A DNA stretch of 37,786 nt. Origin: Acidithiobacillales bacterium (lineage in GTDB: Bacteria > Acidobacteriota > Thermoanaerobaculia > UBA5066). Below the pieces are notes generated by a model. The model made no database searches and had not been told where the DNA came from. It worked only from the letters and a program-made list of their open reading frames with translations. Where the stretch lies: assembly GCA_050258155.1 (NCBI GenBank), contig JBLMYG010000124.1, forward strand, positions 1-37,786, in the 5' to 3' direction. Below, one piece after another: positions 8,198-18,304 of this stretch. The number at the start of each line of letters is the position of its first letter. Position 1 is the first letter of the stretch. Position numbers and translations under genes: made by a program.

Positions 8198-10609
8198 GTG
8201 CCCGCCGGCCGGGTCGCGCTCCTCGTTCCGGCCGCCTTCCCCGGCCTCCCGACGTACCGGCTGCCCGGGGAGAGTCCCCTTCCGGCGGTCGGCGCTCGGG
8301 TCGCGGCGCCCTTCGGAAGCCGCCTGCTGACAGGCGTTGTGGCGTCCCTCGATCCTCCGCCGCTTCCGGAAGGGACCGAGGAGCGCGAGATCCTCTCCGT
8401 TCTGGACGAGGGCCCATTTCTCCCGGAGGCGCTGGTCACGGTCCTCGTTCGGGCCGCGCGGTACTACTTCGCTCCTCCCGGAGACCTCCTCCGCTCGGCC
8501 GTCCCCGCCCGACTTCTGGACGCCGGCGAGGCCGTCTATGCTCCCGCCCCCGGAGCCGTGGGCCATCTGCCGAAGGACGCGCGCGAGGAAGAGGTCCTCA
8601 GAGAGCTCCTGGCGCTCGGAGAGGCGCGTCTCGATACGCTGGCGGCCCGCCTCGGCCGGCCGGGCCTCGCGGCGGCGCTCCGGAGGCTCGCGGCGTATGG
8701 CGCCGTCCGGATCCGGAGCGCGCGGCCACAGCCCGCAGCGGCGCCTTCGGAGAGGGTCTGGATCGCCCGGCTGGCCGCCCCCGACGACCCGGCATTCTGC
8801 CGCCGGCCCAAGCGCCGTGCAGCCCACGCCCACCTCGCCGCGCTTGGCCGTCCCGCCACGGCGGCCGAGCTCCGGGCAGCCGGCATCTCCCGGGCGGTGC
8901 TCGCCGGTCTCGCCGCCGACGGGCTCGTGGCGGAGGCCGAGCAGGAGAGGAAGGTCGATCTCCGGAAGCACGTCGGGGCCGGGGGCGGCGACCGGCGGGT
9001 CGTCCCGACCGCCGCGCAGGCCGAAGCGATCGCAGCGATCACACGCTCGATCGCGTCCTGCGCGGAGGGGTCGTTCCTCCTCGACGGCGTCACGGGGAGC
9101 GGAAAGACGGAAGTCTATCTTGCCGCGCTCGACGCGGCCCGGGGCGAGAGGCGCCAGGGTCTCCTCCTCGTCCCCGAGATCGCTCTCGCGCCGGCCCTCG
9201 TCCGCCGCCTCCTCGCGAGGTTCGGCGAGCGTGTCTCGCTCCTCCACAGCGGACTTTCCGACGGCGAACGTGCTGCCGAGTGGGAGAGGGCGCGTCGTGG
9301 AGAGGTGGACGCGGTCGTCGGGTCCCGCTCGGCGGTCTTCGCGCCGCTGCCCCGGCTCGGCCTCGTCGTCGTGGATGAATGCCACGAGGCGACCTACAAG
9401 CAGGCGGAGGCGCCCCGCTACGACGCGCGCGACGTCGCGCGGGCGCGGGCCCGGGAGGAGCAGGCGACGCTCGTCCTCGGCTCGGCGACGCCTTCGGTGG
9501 AGCAGACGCTCGCGGCGCAGGAGGGGCGGCTCCGGCGCCTCACGCTGCCCGCCCGCCCGGGCGCCCGCCGGCCGGCGACCGTGGAGATCGTGGACGTCCG
9601 GAAAGAACCGGCGAGGGAGGGAGATCACGGGCGCGTCCTCTTCGCCGCGCGGACGGTGGAGATCCTGAGGGCCTGCTTCGACCGGGACGAGCAGGCCATC
9701 CTTCTCCTCAACCGCCGCGGCTTCTCGCCGAGCCTCCTCTGCCGCGCCTGCGGCGAGGACTTCCGGTGCGGGAACTGCTCGGTGGCGAGGACCTACCACC
9801 GGCGCCCCGAGCGCCTCCTCTGTCATTACTGCGGCGATGCGATCCGGCCGCCGGCCCGCTGCCCGGCGTGCGGCTCCGACGTCCTGATGCCCGTCGGCTT
9901 CGGGACGGAGCGGCTCGCGGAGCGCTTCGGGCAGGAGTTCCCCGAGGTCCCGTTCGCCGTCCTGGACCGGGACGCCGCCGCCCGGCGCGGTGGCGCCGCC
10001 GGTGTCCTTCTCGACTTCGAGAGCGGGAAGTCCCGGGCTCTCCTCGGGACGCAGATGGTCGCCAAGGGGCATGACTTTCCGAACGCCACGGCCCTGGCCG
10101 TCCTCGATGCCGACGCTCTTCTCTCCTTTCCCGACTTCCGCGCCGCCGAGCGGACGTTCCAGCTCGTCACCCAGGCCGCCGGCCGCGTCGGGCGGGGCGA
10201 GAAGCCGGGACGCGTCGTCGTCCAGACGGCACGGCCCGACCACGAGGCGATCAGGGCGGCCGCCCGGCAGGACCATGCCACCTTCGCCGAGGCGGAGCTC
10301 CGGTTTCGGAGAGCCTTCCGGTACCCGCCCTTCGCCCACCTCCTTCTCGCCCTCTTCACGGACGAGGAGCGGGCCAGGGCGGAGGCCGCCGCCAGGAGCG
10401 CGGCTGCCGCCCTCGCGGCGTCTGCGGCCGGCAGCCGGGTCCGCCTCCTCGGCCCGGCGCCCGCGCCGATCGATCGCCTGAAGGGCCTCTGGCGCTTCCA
10501 GCTCCTCTTGAAGGGGGACCGGCGCGAGGCCGTCGCCGAGGCGGGAGAGGTGCTGGCCGCCCTTCCCGGGGCGCCGCGCCTCGACGTCGACCCCCAAAGC
10601 CTCCTCTGA
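8198..10609 (+). CDS. priA: Primosomal protein N' (replication restart helicase)
   Basis: Walker A GVTGSGKTEVY, DEXH-like VVVDECHE and the Cys-rich zinc module CRACGEDFRCGNCSVARTYHRRPERLLCHYCG...CPACGS. 803 aa. Confidence 0.9.
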   Translation: MPAGRVALLVPAAFPGLPTYRLPGESPLPAVGARVAAPFGSRLLTGVVASLDPPPLPEGTEEREILSVLDEGPFLPEALVTVLVRAARYYFAPPGDLLRSAVPARLLDAGEAVYAPAPGAVGHLPKDAREEEVLRELLALGEARLDTLAARLGRPGLAAALRRLAAYGAVRIRSARPQPAAAPSERVWIARLAAPDDPAFCRRPKRRAAHAHLAALGRPATAAELRAAGISRAVLAGLAADGLVAEAEQERKVDLRKHVGAGGGDRRVVPTAAQAEAIAAITRSIASCAEGSFLLDGVTGSGKTEVYLAALDAARGERRQGLLLVPEIALAPALVRRLLARFGERVSLLHSGLSDGERAAEWERARRGEVDAVVGSRSAVFAPLPRLGLVVVDECHEATYKQAEAPRYDARDVARARAREEQATLVLGSATPSVEQTLAAQEGRLRRLTLPARPGARRPATVEIVDVRKEPAREGDHGRVLFAARTVEILRACFDRDEQAILLLNRRGFSPSLLCRACGEDFRCGNCSVARTYHRRPERLLCHYCGDAIRPPARCPACGSDVLMPVGFGTERLAERFGQEFPEVPFAVLDRDAAARRGGAAGVLLDFESGKSRALLGTQMVAKGHDFPNATALAVLDADALLSFPDFRAAERTFQLVTQAAGRVGRGEKPGRVVVQTARPDHEAIRAAARQDHATFAEAELRFRRAFRYPPFAHLLLALFTDEERARAEAAARSAAAALAASAAGSRVRLLGPAPAPIDRLKGLWRFQLLLKGDRREAVAEAGEVLAALPGAPRLDVDPQSLL

Positions 10610-10641
10610 GGCGCGTCCCGGCCCTCTGCTACAGTGCGCCG

Positions 10642-11604
10642 GTGGCCACCGACGCCGACTTCGAAGCTCCTCTTCGGCGGCTCCGGAGCCGCCTCGAAGA
10701 GCTGAGCCGGTTCCCCGACAGCCCCGCGAAGGAGCGTGAGCTCCAGAAGCTGAATCAGAAGCTGTCGAGGCTCTCCGCCGAAATCTACGGAAACCTGACA
10801 CCCTGGCAGAAGACGCTCGTCGCCCGGCATCCGCTCCGCCCCTTCACGCTCGACTACGTCCGGATCCTCGTGCGCGACTTCGTCGAGCTCCACGGCGACC
10901 GCGCCTTCGCCGACGACCCGGCCATCATCGCGGGCCTCGGGTTTCTCGGCGGGAGGCCCGTGGCCGTCATCGGGCACCAGAAAGGGCGTGACACGAAGGA
11001 GAAGATCCGGCGCAACTTCGGGATGCCCCGCCCCGAGGGGTACCGGAAGGCGGCGCGCATCATGAAGCTGGCGGAGAGATTCGGACGGCCCGTGATTTCC
11101 TTCATCGACACGCCGGGCGCGTATCCGGGGCTCGACAGCGAGGAGCGGGGGATCGCCGAGGCGATCGCCCGGAACCTCCTCGAGATGTCCCGCCTCCGGA
11201 CCCCGCTGCTTGCGGTCGTGATCGGGGAGGGGGGCTCCGGCGGGGCCCTCGGGATCGGCATCGCCGACGTCGTCCTGATGCTGGAGCACGGCGTCTACTC
11301 TGTCATCTCTCCCGAGGGGTGCGCCGCGATCCTCTGGAAGGACCAGTCGAAGGCGCGCGAGGCCGCGGAGGCGATGCGGGTGACCGCCGCCGACTGCAAG
11401 GCGCTGGGCGTCGTGGACGAGGTGATTCCGGAGCCCCCGGGCGGTGCGCATGCCGATCCGCTGACGGCGATCGAGCGTGTCGGGCGCCGCCTCGAGGACC
11501 ATCTCGAGCGTCTGGCCCTCGTGCCGCCCGACAGGCTCCTCGAGGAGCGCTACGCGAAGTTCCGCTCGATGGGCGCCTGGGAAGACGCGGCCTCACCTCG
11601 GTGA
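10642..11604 (+). CDS. accA: Acetyl-CoA carboxylase carboxyltransferase subunit alpha
   Basis: WQKTLVARHPLRPFTLDY...GDRAFADDPAIIAGLG...GHQKGRDTKEKIRRNFGMPRPEGYRKA...FIDTPGAYPG...EERG. Confidence 0.95.
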   Translation: MATDADFEAPLRRLRSRLEELSRFPDSPAKERELQKLNQKLSRLSAEIYGNLTPWQKTLVARHPLRPFTLDYVRILVRDFVELHGDRAFADDPAIIAGLGFLGGRPVAVIGHQKGRDTKEKIRRNFGMPRPEGYRKAARIMKLAERFGRPVISFIDTPGAYPGLDSEERGIAEAIARNLLEMSRLRTPLLAVVIGEGGSGGALGIGIADVVLMLEHGVYSVISPEGCAAILWKDQSKAREAAEAMRVTAADCKALGVVDEVIPEPPGGAHADPLTAIERVGRRLEDHLERLALVPPDRLLEERYAKFRSMGAWEDAASPR

Positions 11605-13358
11605 CGCCGGACTCCGCGACGCCGAGAGCCTCTCCGATCCCCCTGCGGATGCAGGATGGGAGCGCTGCGCGCCGGCTGGCCGACGCGCTCGCCCTCCCGG
11701 CCGCTGCGGCGCGCGTGCTGGTCGCCCGGGGATTCGCGGAACCGTCCGCGGCCAGAGCCTTTCTCGAGCCGTCGCCCCGCCAGCTCCACGACCCATTTCT
11801 GATGGACGGCCTGCCGGAGGCGGTGGCGCGCCTCGCCGACAGCGCCCGCCGCGGGGCACGCGTCGTCGTCTTCGGCGACTACGACTGCGACGGGGTCGGG
11901 GCGCTGGCCATCCTGACGACGGTCCTCCGGCGTCTCGGGGCCGATGCGCGACCCTTCATTCCCCACCGGCTGGAGGACGGCTACGGCCTGAAGGTCGGGA
12001 GCCTCCGGCGCGCGCTCGAGGAGCACCGCCCCGAGGGGATCGTCACCGTCGACTGCGGCATCACCGCGCTCCGCCCGGTCGAGGAGGCGACCCGCTCGGG
12101 CGTCTACGTGATCGTCACCGACCATCATCTTCCGCCCGAGGCGCTCCCCGGGGGCGCGATTCTCGTCGACCCGAAGCTTCCCGCCTCCACCTACCCGTTC
12201 AAGGACCTCTGCGGCGCCGGCATCGCATGGAAGCTCGCCGAAGGGCTTCTTCTGCGCGCGGGGGAGGCGGGGGTCCCCGCGCGGAACCATGATGCGTGGC
12301 GAGCCTCCCTCGCGAAGATCGCGGCGCTCAGCACGATCGCCGACATCGTTCCGCTGACGGGCGAGAACCGCGTCCTCGCCTCCTGGGGCCTCGCCGGGCT
12401 GGCCGAACCGCGCTCTCCGGGGCTGGCGGCCCTGATGCGGCGTGCAGGAATCCCGCCGGGCCGGGGCCCCTCGGCCCGCGAGGTGGCCTTCCGGATAGCG
12501 CCGCGCCTCAATGCGGCGGGGCGGCTCGACCATGCGCGCCGGGCCCTCGAGCTCCTGACGACCACGGATGCGGCCCGGGCCGAGACCGTGGCCGACGAGC
12601 TCGAGAGCGCCAACGCCGAGCGCCGCGCGCTGCAGGAGCGCCTCGTCGAGGTCGTCCTCGCGGGGGCCGCCGGTCGCTTCGACCCGAAGCGAGACGCCGT
12701 GATCGTCGAGGCGGGCGATGCGGATCGGGGATGGCATCGCGGCGTCCTCGGAATCGCGGCGGCCCGCGTGGCCGAGCGGCTCCGGCGGCCGGTGCTCCTT
12801 TTCTCCCGGGACGGCGACCGGCTCACCGGCAGCGGCCGGACCTTCGGGCGAACGCCGCTCTTCTCCCGGGTCGCCCCGGTGGCGGCACGGTTCGCGTCCG
12901 AGTTCGGCGGCCACGACGCCGCCCTCGGGATGACGCTCGCCGCCGGGGCGTGGGAGCCCTTTCGGGACGCGCTCCTGTCGGCCTTCAACGCGGCGCGCGA
13001 CGACGCCGAATGGGAAAGCACCGCGGTGGCGGACACGGAACTGTCCGGCCCGGAAGTGACGGCGGAGCTCGTGGCCGCCCTCTCTCGGTTCGAGCCGCAC
13101 GGCGCGGGGAACCCGAGCCCTCTCTTTCTCCTTCGCGCCCTTGAGTGGGACGGGAGCGGGCGGCGGATCGGCCCGCGGGGTCTCCGGACCTGCTTCACGG
13201 ATGGTGAACGACGGCTGGAGGCGATCGGCTGGACGCTTGGCGAGCTTCCCGAGACGTCCCGGCCTCAGCGGGCGGACGTGGCGGCCCATGTCACGCTCGA
13301 CGCGGTGACGGGACGGCCCACGCTCGAAGTCGTCGACATCGGCACGGCGGTGGAATGA
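11601..13358 (+). CDS. recJ: Single-stranded-DNA-specific exonuclease RecJ
   Basis: The GTG at 11601 overlaps the accA TGA (an alternative ATG lies at 11649). DHH motifs VVVFGDYDCDGV..., IPHRLEDGYGL, VTVDCGI, VIVTDHH and the GGH motif FGGHDAALG are present. Confidence 0.9.
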   Translation: MTPDSATPRASPIPLRMQDGSAARRLADALALPAAAARVLVARGFAEPSAARAFLEPSPRQLHDPFLMDGLPEAVARLADSARRGARVVVFGDYDCDGVGALAILTTVLRRLGADARPFIPHRLEDGYGLKVGSLRRALEEHRPEGIVTVDCGITALRPVEEATRSGVYVIVTDHHLPPEALPGGAILVDPKLPASTYPFKDLCGAGIAWKLAEGLLLRAGEAGVPARNHDAWRASLAKIAALSTIADIVPLTGENRVLASWGLAGLAEPRSPGLAALMRRAGIPPGRGPSAREVAFRIAPRLNAAGRLDHARRALELLTTTDAARAETVADELESANAERRALQERLVEVVLAGAAGRFDPKRDAVIVEAGDADRGWHRGVLGIAAARVAERLRRPVLLFSRDGDRLTGSGRTFGRTPLFSRVAPVAARFASEFGGHDAALGMTLAAGAWEPFRDALLSAFNAARDDAEWESTAVADTELSGPEVTAELVAALSRFEPHGAGNPSPLFLLRALEWDGSGRRIGPRGLRTCFTDGERRLEAIGWTLGELPETSRPQRADVAAHVTLDAVTGRPTLEVVDIGTAVE

Positions 13359-15343
13359 GCCTGGCGCGGCGGCGTCTCCGGAAGCTCTTCGTTCTCCTCG
13401 GGGGCCTCTGGGTCGTCCTTCTCGGTGTCCTGTACCGGAAGCCCGGGGCCCGTCCTTCAGAGACGCGCGAGGAGATCGCCGGGACGCTCGCGGCCGAAGC
13501 GGGCCCTGTCAGCGACCGGATGCGCTTCCGGGACTTCGAGTACGTCGAGACCCGCGGCTCGGAAGGGCGATACCGGCTTCGCGCCGCGGAGGCGCTCCGT
13601 TACGAGAAGGAGTGGCAGCGAAGGTTCCTGCTGAAAGACGTCACCTTCGACTCCGGCCCTGCCGGCGACTCTCCCGGCGTCCGACTCTACGCCCCGCGGG
13701 CGGAATTTTCGGAGGGCTCCCGGGCCTTTCGCGTCTTCGACGGCGTCGAGATTGCGGGCGAGGAGGCCCGCATTCACGGGGAGGCGTTCCGGTACGAGCC
13801 GGTGCAGCGCGAGCTGGTCTCGGAGGGACCCGTCATGGCAGATCGAGGCCGCCTCGTCATCCGCGCGGACGCTGGCACGGTCCGGACGGACGAAGGGACC
13901 GTCATTCTGACCGGGCGGGTCCGACTGCGGGGACGGGCAGACGGCGGCGAGCCGCTCGACCTGTACGCCTCGAGGGTGGAGCTCCTGAGGGGTGGGCGCA
14001 TCTCCGCGTCGGGCGAAGGGACGATCGTCCGGTCGAACGGGCTCGTGGTGCGCGCCCGCGCCCTGTACCGGAGTCTGGAGGGCGCGGGAGACCGGCTCCG
14101 GGCGGAGGGCGAGGCTCTCCTCTTCCTTGCGCCGTCGGCGAGCCGGCTCCCCGCGGCCGCCGCGATGGCCGGGGACCTGCTCGATCTCTCGCGGGACACC
14201 GAAGGACGGCCGACGCTCCTCGATGTTTCCTCGTCCTCCGGCCCCTCCGAGATCGAGCTGGCCCCCGGCGCGCTCGAGCCGGCGCGGACCGGGCGCGCCG
14301 CCCGGTTCGAGGCCCGCTTTCGGGACGGCTCGCTGGCCGAGATTCTCGTTCCTTCGAGACTGCTGGCACGGGAGGCCGCCGGTCCCGACGTGCCGCGGGG
14401 GGGCGGCCTCCGGACGCTCACGGCCAGCTCCGCCCGGCTCACGTTCCTTACGGACCGGAAGCTCGACGTCGGGCTCTTCGAGGGAAACGTCACGGCCTCC
14501 GACGGGACGCGGGCCGTGCTCCACGGGGCCGAGGCGACACTGCGCGGAGCGGACGACATCGCGGTCGTCACGGGGTCTCCTGCCGACTACCGCGACAGCG
14601 AGGCGTCCCTCGCCGCGCGGACGATCGTCTACAGCCGGCGCGAAGACCGGATCGACGCGACCGGGCACGTGCGTGCCTCCTGGAGCGGCGAGCGACCGGG
14701 CGGGCTTCTCGGGGGAGGGGAGAGCGGCCCCGTCTTCTCTGAGTCCGACTTTTTGAGAGCCTCCGACGGGCGAAAGAAGTTGCTGCTTGCGGGAAACGTC
14801 CGGGCATGGCAGAAGGAGAACGTGCTCCGCTGCGAGACGCTCCTCGTGAACGACGCCGAGCGGAGCCTCAGGGCCGAGCGGAACGTCCGGGTCTTCTTCC
14901 GCCGGGAGCAACCACCGAAATCGTCGGGGCACCCACCCCCTCCCGAGACCGTCAACGCCTCGGGTGACCTCCTGATCCACAGCGAAGCCGACCGGCACGT
15001 CCGGATCGAGGGCCATTCCCAGATCCTGTCGGGAGCGTGGCAGATCAACGCGGAGGTGACCGACCTTCGCCTCGCGCCGGACCGCTCCATCGAGCTGGCC
15101 GAGTCGCAGGGATCCGTCGTCCTCGAGGACCGGGCGCTCAAGCGCCACGGAGAGGGGACGAAGGCGACGTGGCGACCGCAGGCGGAGGCCGTGAAGCTGG
15201 AGGGGAGCCCCGCGACGGCCGTGGACGGAAAAGGGAACCGGACGACCGGCGCCGTGCTGACCTTTCGCCAGGGACGCTCCCAGGTAGAGGTGGAGACGGG
15301 CACGGTCCCGAGCGAGACGACGCTGAAACCGGAGGGATCTTGA
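13355..15343 (+). CDS. Membrane-anchored LptC/LptA (OstA-like) family protein, 662 aa, putative periplasmic LPS-transport bridge
   Basis: The ATG at 13355 overlaps the recJ TGA. There is an N-terminal anchor [17 protein letters not shown], then long beta-rich segments with the alternating pattern typical of OstA/LptA/LptC jellyrolls (e.g. [47 protein letters not shown]). It sits immediately upstream of lptB, where lptC-lptA normally lie. Confidence 0.6.
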   Translation: MSLARRRLRKLFVLLGGLWVVLLGVLYRKPGARPSETREEIAGTLAAEAGPVSDRMRFRDFEYVETRGSEGRYRLRAAEALRYEKEWQRRFLLKDVTFDSGPAGDSPGVRLYAPRAEFSEGSRAFRVFDGVEIAGEEARIHGEAFRYEPVQRELVSEGPVMADRGRLVIRADAGTVRTDEGTVILTGRVRLRGRADGGEPLDLYASRVELLRGGRISASGEGTIVRSNGLVVRARALYRSLEGAGDRLRAEGEALLFLAPSASRLPAAAAMAGDLLDLSRDTEGRPTLLDVSSSSGPSEIELAPGALEPARTGRAARFEARFRDGSLAEILVPSRLLAREAAGPDVPRGGGLRTLTASSARLTFLTDRKLDVGLFEGNVTASDGTRAVLHGAEATLRGADDIAVVTGSPADYRDSEASLAARTIVYSRREDRIDATGHVRASWSGERPGGLLGGGESGPVFSESDFLRASDGRKKLLLAGNVRAWQKENVLRCETLLVNDAERSLRAERNVRVFFRREQPPKSSGHPPPPETVNASGDLLIHSEADRHVRIEGHSQILSGAWQINAEVTDLRLAPDRSIELAESQGSVVLEDRALKRHGEGTKATWRPQAEAVKLEGSPATAVDGKGNRTTGAVLTFRQGRSQVEVETGTVPSETTLKPEGS

Positions 15344-16083
15344 GCGCATCGGACGCGAAGCCCCGCCTCGAGGCCGATGCGCTGAGCAAGGCCTACCGTG
15401 GCCGGACCGTGGTGGCCGGTGTCTCCCTGGCGGTCGAGGGAGGCGAGGTCGTGGGCCTTCTCGGCCCGAACGGCGCCGGAAAGACGACGACGTTCTCGAT
15501 GGTCGTGGGCCTCGTGGTCCCGGACGGGGGCCGCGTCCGTCTCGACGGGGTGGACGTCACGGACCTGCCGATGTTCCGGAGGGCGCGGCGGGGGATGGGT
15601 TACCTGCCGCAGGAGGCCTCGGTCTTCCGGAAGCTGACGGCCCTCGAGAACCTGCTGGCGATTCTCGAGACGTTGCCGCTCTCGCGGGAGGCGAGAATGG
15701 AAAAGGCCCACTCCCTCCTGGACCGCTTCAAGCTCTCGCACCTTGCACATGCCGTCGCCGACACGCTCTCCGGCGGCGAGCGCCGGCGGCTCGAGATCGC
15801 CCGGGCCCTGACGCTGACACCGCAGTTCATGTTGCTCGACGAGCCTTTCGCGGGGATCGATCCGATCACGGTCCTCGACCTGCAGCAGGTGATCCGCGAC
15901 CTCGCCGGCGGCGGCATCGGCGTTCTCGTGACGGATCACAACGTCCGCGACACACTGGCGATCACGGATCGGGCTTACATCATCAACTCCGGAGCGATCT
16001 TTCGGGCGGGCTCGCCGGGCGTCCTCTCGGCCGACGCCGAGGTCCGAAGGGTCTACCTCGGGGAGCGCTTCCGGCTGGACTAG
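15340..16083 (+). CDS. lptB: LPS export ABC transporter ATP-binding protein
   Basis: The TTG at 15340 overlaps the upstream TGA. Walker [40 protein letters not shown], Walker [12 protein letters not shown] and [12 protein letters not shown] are present. It is followed by rpoN, as in the conserved lptB-rpoN arrangement. Confidence 0.9.
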   Translation: MSASDAKPRLEADALSKAYRGRTVVAGVSLAVEGGEVVGLLGPNGAGKTTTFSMVVGLVVPDGGRVRLDGVDVTDLPMFRRARRGMGYLPQEASVFRKLTALENLLAILETLPLSREARMEKAHSLLDRFKLSHLAHAVADTLSGGERRRLEIARALTLTPQFMLLDEPFAGIDPITVLDLQQVIRDLAGGGIGVLVTDHNVRDTLAITDRAYIINSGAIFRAGSPGVLSADAEVRRVYLGERFRLD

Positions 16084-16124
16084 AATCCTCACCGGACCTA
16101 TACGCAAAGGTCGGACCAGCACAC

Positions 16125-17771
16125 GTGGCACTCGAACAGAAACTCGCCCTGAGGCTTTCGCAGCGTCTGGTCATGACGCCGACGCTCCAGCAGGCGATCA
16201 AGCTGCTGCAGATGACGCGGCTGGAGCTGCAGGACGTCGTGAACCAGGAGATGGTCGCGAACCCCGTGCTCGAGGAGCAGGATCCCGAGATCGCGCCGGC
16301 GCCCGACGAGGATCCCTCTGCCGCGGAGGCGCGCGAGAGGAACCTGGCGGAGACGCCCGAGAGCGGACGGGACGACAGCGCCGGCTCGGGCGACGCTCCG
16401 GCGGGGCCGCCGCCCGAAGAGAGCGCTGGCCCTCCGCCGGAGGCTCCCGTTCCCGTCCCCGTGGTCGATCCGACGACGCCTGCGGCCGTCGAGGCCTTCG
16501 GTGAGATCGACCTCGAGGCGTTTTTCGGCGATTACCTCGACGGAACGGCCACGGCGCCCCGCATGACGGAAGAGGCGGAGGAGTTCTCTCTCGAGAACCG
16601 GGCCGAGGCGACCCCCGGCCTCGAGCCTCACCTGACGGAACAGCTGGGCGTCTCGGACGCCCCGGCCGATGTCCGCGAGGCCTGCGGCTTCCTCATCGGG
16701 AACGTCGATCCGGACGGGTATCTTCGCGTCACGCTGGAGGAGGTCGCCGCCGCGGTGCCGTGCCCGCTCCCGACGGCCGAGAAGGCTCTGGCTCTTCTCC
16801 AGTCGTTCGACCCTGTCGGCGTCGGGGGCCGGAATCTCCAGGAGGTCCTCCTCCTGCAGGCGCGGGCGGTGGGCGTCGCCACGCCTCTCCTCGTCGACCT
16901 CGTCACGAACCGGCTCCCGGACGTCGGGACGAAGGCGCCCGCCCTTCTCGCCCGGCAGCTCTCCGTTCCGCTCGAGGAGCTCCAGCAGACGCTCGAATGG
17001 ATCCGGAGGCTCGACCCGAAGCCGGGGCGGCGGTACGACCAGACCCGGACGATCTACGTCGAGCCCGACGTGGCCGTCGCGAAAGTGAAGGACGAGTACG
17101 TCGTCCTCTTCAACGACGACGGCCTCCCGCGCCTCCGGGTCTCGGCCTTCTACCGCCGGATGCTGCTGGCCCGCGACGCCTCGCTCGACGGGGAGAGCCG
17201 GAACTACCTGCGCGAGAAGATGCGGGCCGCGCAGTGGCTCCTGAAGAGCCTCGATCAGCGGAAACGGACGATCGTCCGCGTGGCCGAGTCGATCGTCCGG
17301 AAGCAGCGGGACTTCTTCGACTACGGGGTCGCGCACCTGAGGCCGCTCGTCCTCCGGGACGTCGCGGAGGACATCGGCATGCACGAGTCGACGGTCTCCC
17401 GCGTCGTCTCGAACAAGTGGATGACGACGCCGCGGGGCCTCGTTCCGATGAAGTTCTTCTTCCATTCCGCCATCGCGTCCTCGGCAGGGGAGGACGTGTC
17501 GTCCCTCGCCGTGAAGAACAGGATCCGGGTGCTCGTCGAGGCGGAGGACCCGGCCCATCCGCTCTCCGATGCCCGGCTCTCGGAGCTTCTGGCCCACGAC
17601 GGGATTCGGATCGCCCGCCGCACCGTCGCGAAATACCGCGAGGAGCTGCGCATCCCTTCGAGTTCGCTCCGGCGAACCGACGTTCCCCCGACCGCCGCGG
17701 AGGCCGATGCCGTTCCCGTCGGCACCGGCGGGGCCGCGGGCGACCGCCCGGCCGCCGAGGAGGAGTCATGA
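16125..17771 (+). CDS. rpoN: RNA polymerase sigma-54 factor
   Basis: N-terminal region I LALRLSQRLVMTPTLQQAIKLLQMTRLEL and the C-terminal RpoN box ARRTVAKYREELRIPSS. Confidence 0.95.
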   Translation: MALEQKLALRLSQRLVMTPTLQQAIKLLQMTRLELQDVVNQEMVANPVLEEQDPEIAPAPDEDPSAAEARERNLAETPESGRDDSAGSGDAPAGPPPEESAGPPPEAPVPVPVVDPTTPAAVEAFGEIDLEAFFGDYLDGTATAPRMTEEAEEFSLENRAEATPGLEPHLTEQLGVSDAPADVREACGFLIGNVDPDGYLRVTLEEVAAAVPCPLPTAEKALALLQSFDPVGVGGRNLQEVLLLQARAVGVATPLLVDLVTNRLPDVGTKAPALLARQLSVPLEELQQTLEWIRRLDPKPGRRYDQTRTIYVEPDVAVAKVKDEYVVLFNDDGLPRLRVSAFYRRMLLARDASLDGESRNYLREKMRAAQWLLKSLDQRKRTIVRVAESIVRKQRDFFDYGVAHLRPLVLRDVAEDIGMHESTVSRVVSNKWMTTPRGLVPMKFFFHSAIASSAGEDVSSLAVKNRIRVLVEAEDPAHPLSDARLSELLAHDGIRIARRTVAKYREELRIPSSSLRRTDVPPTAAEADAVPVGTGGAAGDRPAAEEES

Positions 17772-18301
17772 AGACCGTCTACATCGCCCGGCGCGTCCGG
17801 ATCCACCCGTGGCTCCGCGACGTCGTCGACACGAAGCTCGGGAAGCTCGAGCGCTTCTTTCCGCGGACGGCGCAGGCGCACGTCGCCGTCCGGCGGGAGA
17901 AGAACGTGGTCGCCGTCGAAGTGTCCGTCGCGGGGCGGCATGGAGCGTGGAAGGCGACCGCGAGCGGGCCGGACCAGCGGACCGCGGCGCAAGCGGCGAT
18001 GGGCCGGATTGCCGCGCAGGTCAAGAAAAGCAAGGCGCTCGTGAAGGAGGAGAAGAAGCGCTCCGGGCCCTCGGTTCGAAAACCCGAGGCGTGGCCGGAA
18101 GGGCGTGCAGCCGAGCGGCCGGCTGCCGGCCCCCGCCGGGAGTCCTCGCCGGCCCGGACGATGTTCGAGGAGGATGCGCTCGCCGCGTTCCACGCGTCGG
18201 ACGGCGACGTCCTCGTCTTCCGGGACCTCGGCGCGGATGCCGAGCTTCGCGTCCTCTACAGGCGCCGGGACGGCCGGGTCGGCCTCGTGGTCCCGGAGTG
18301 A
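17768..18301 (+). CDS. hpf: Ribosome hibernation promoting factor, long form
   Basis: The ATG at 17768 overlaps the rpoN TGA. It has a YfiA/HPF-like N-domain and a C-terminal domain (MFEEDALAAF...VLVFRDLG...LRVLYRRRDGRVGLVVPE). The position after rpoN is canonical. Confidence 0.85.
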   Translation: MKTVYIARRVRIHPWLRDVVDTKLGKLERFFPRTAQAHVAVRREKNVVAVEVSVAGRHGAWKATASGPDQRTAAQAAMGRIAAQVKKSKALVKEEKKRSGPSVRKPEAWPEGRAAERPAAGPRRESSPARTMFEEDALAAFHASDGDVLVFRDLGADAELRVLYRRRDGRVGLVVPE

Positions 18302-18304
18302 TTG

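Noticed and set aside
7823-10801. Very long ORFs antisense to, or out of frame with, recognisable genes. Examples: 7823..10801 (-, 992 aa), 34385..37684 (-, 1099 aa), 20508..22499 (-), 9826..11502 (-), 5236..6648 (-), and the 5' parts of 1927..5043 (+) and 3066..5912 (+).
   Set aside because: Their translations are monotonous Arg/Pro/Gly/Ala-rich sequence with no motifs. Each overlaps a gene whose product has clear family signatures. Such shadow ORFs are expected at about 70% GC, where stop codons are rare.
16123-16140. TGGCAC (a sigma-54 -24 element look-alike) overlapping the rpoN start codon (cgTGGCACtcgaacagaa).
   Set aside because: No TTGC -12 element lies at the required spacing, and the motif is simply part of the GTG-GCA-CTC coding sequence.
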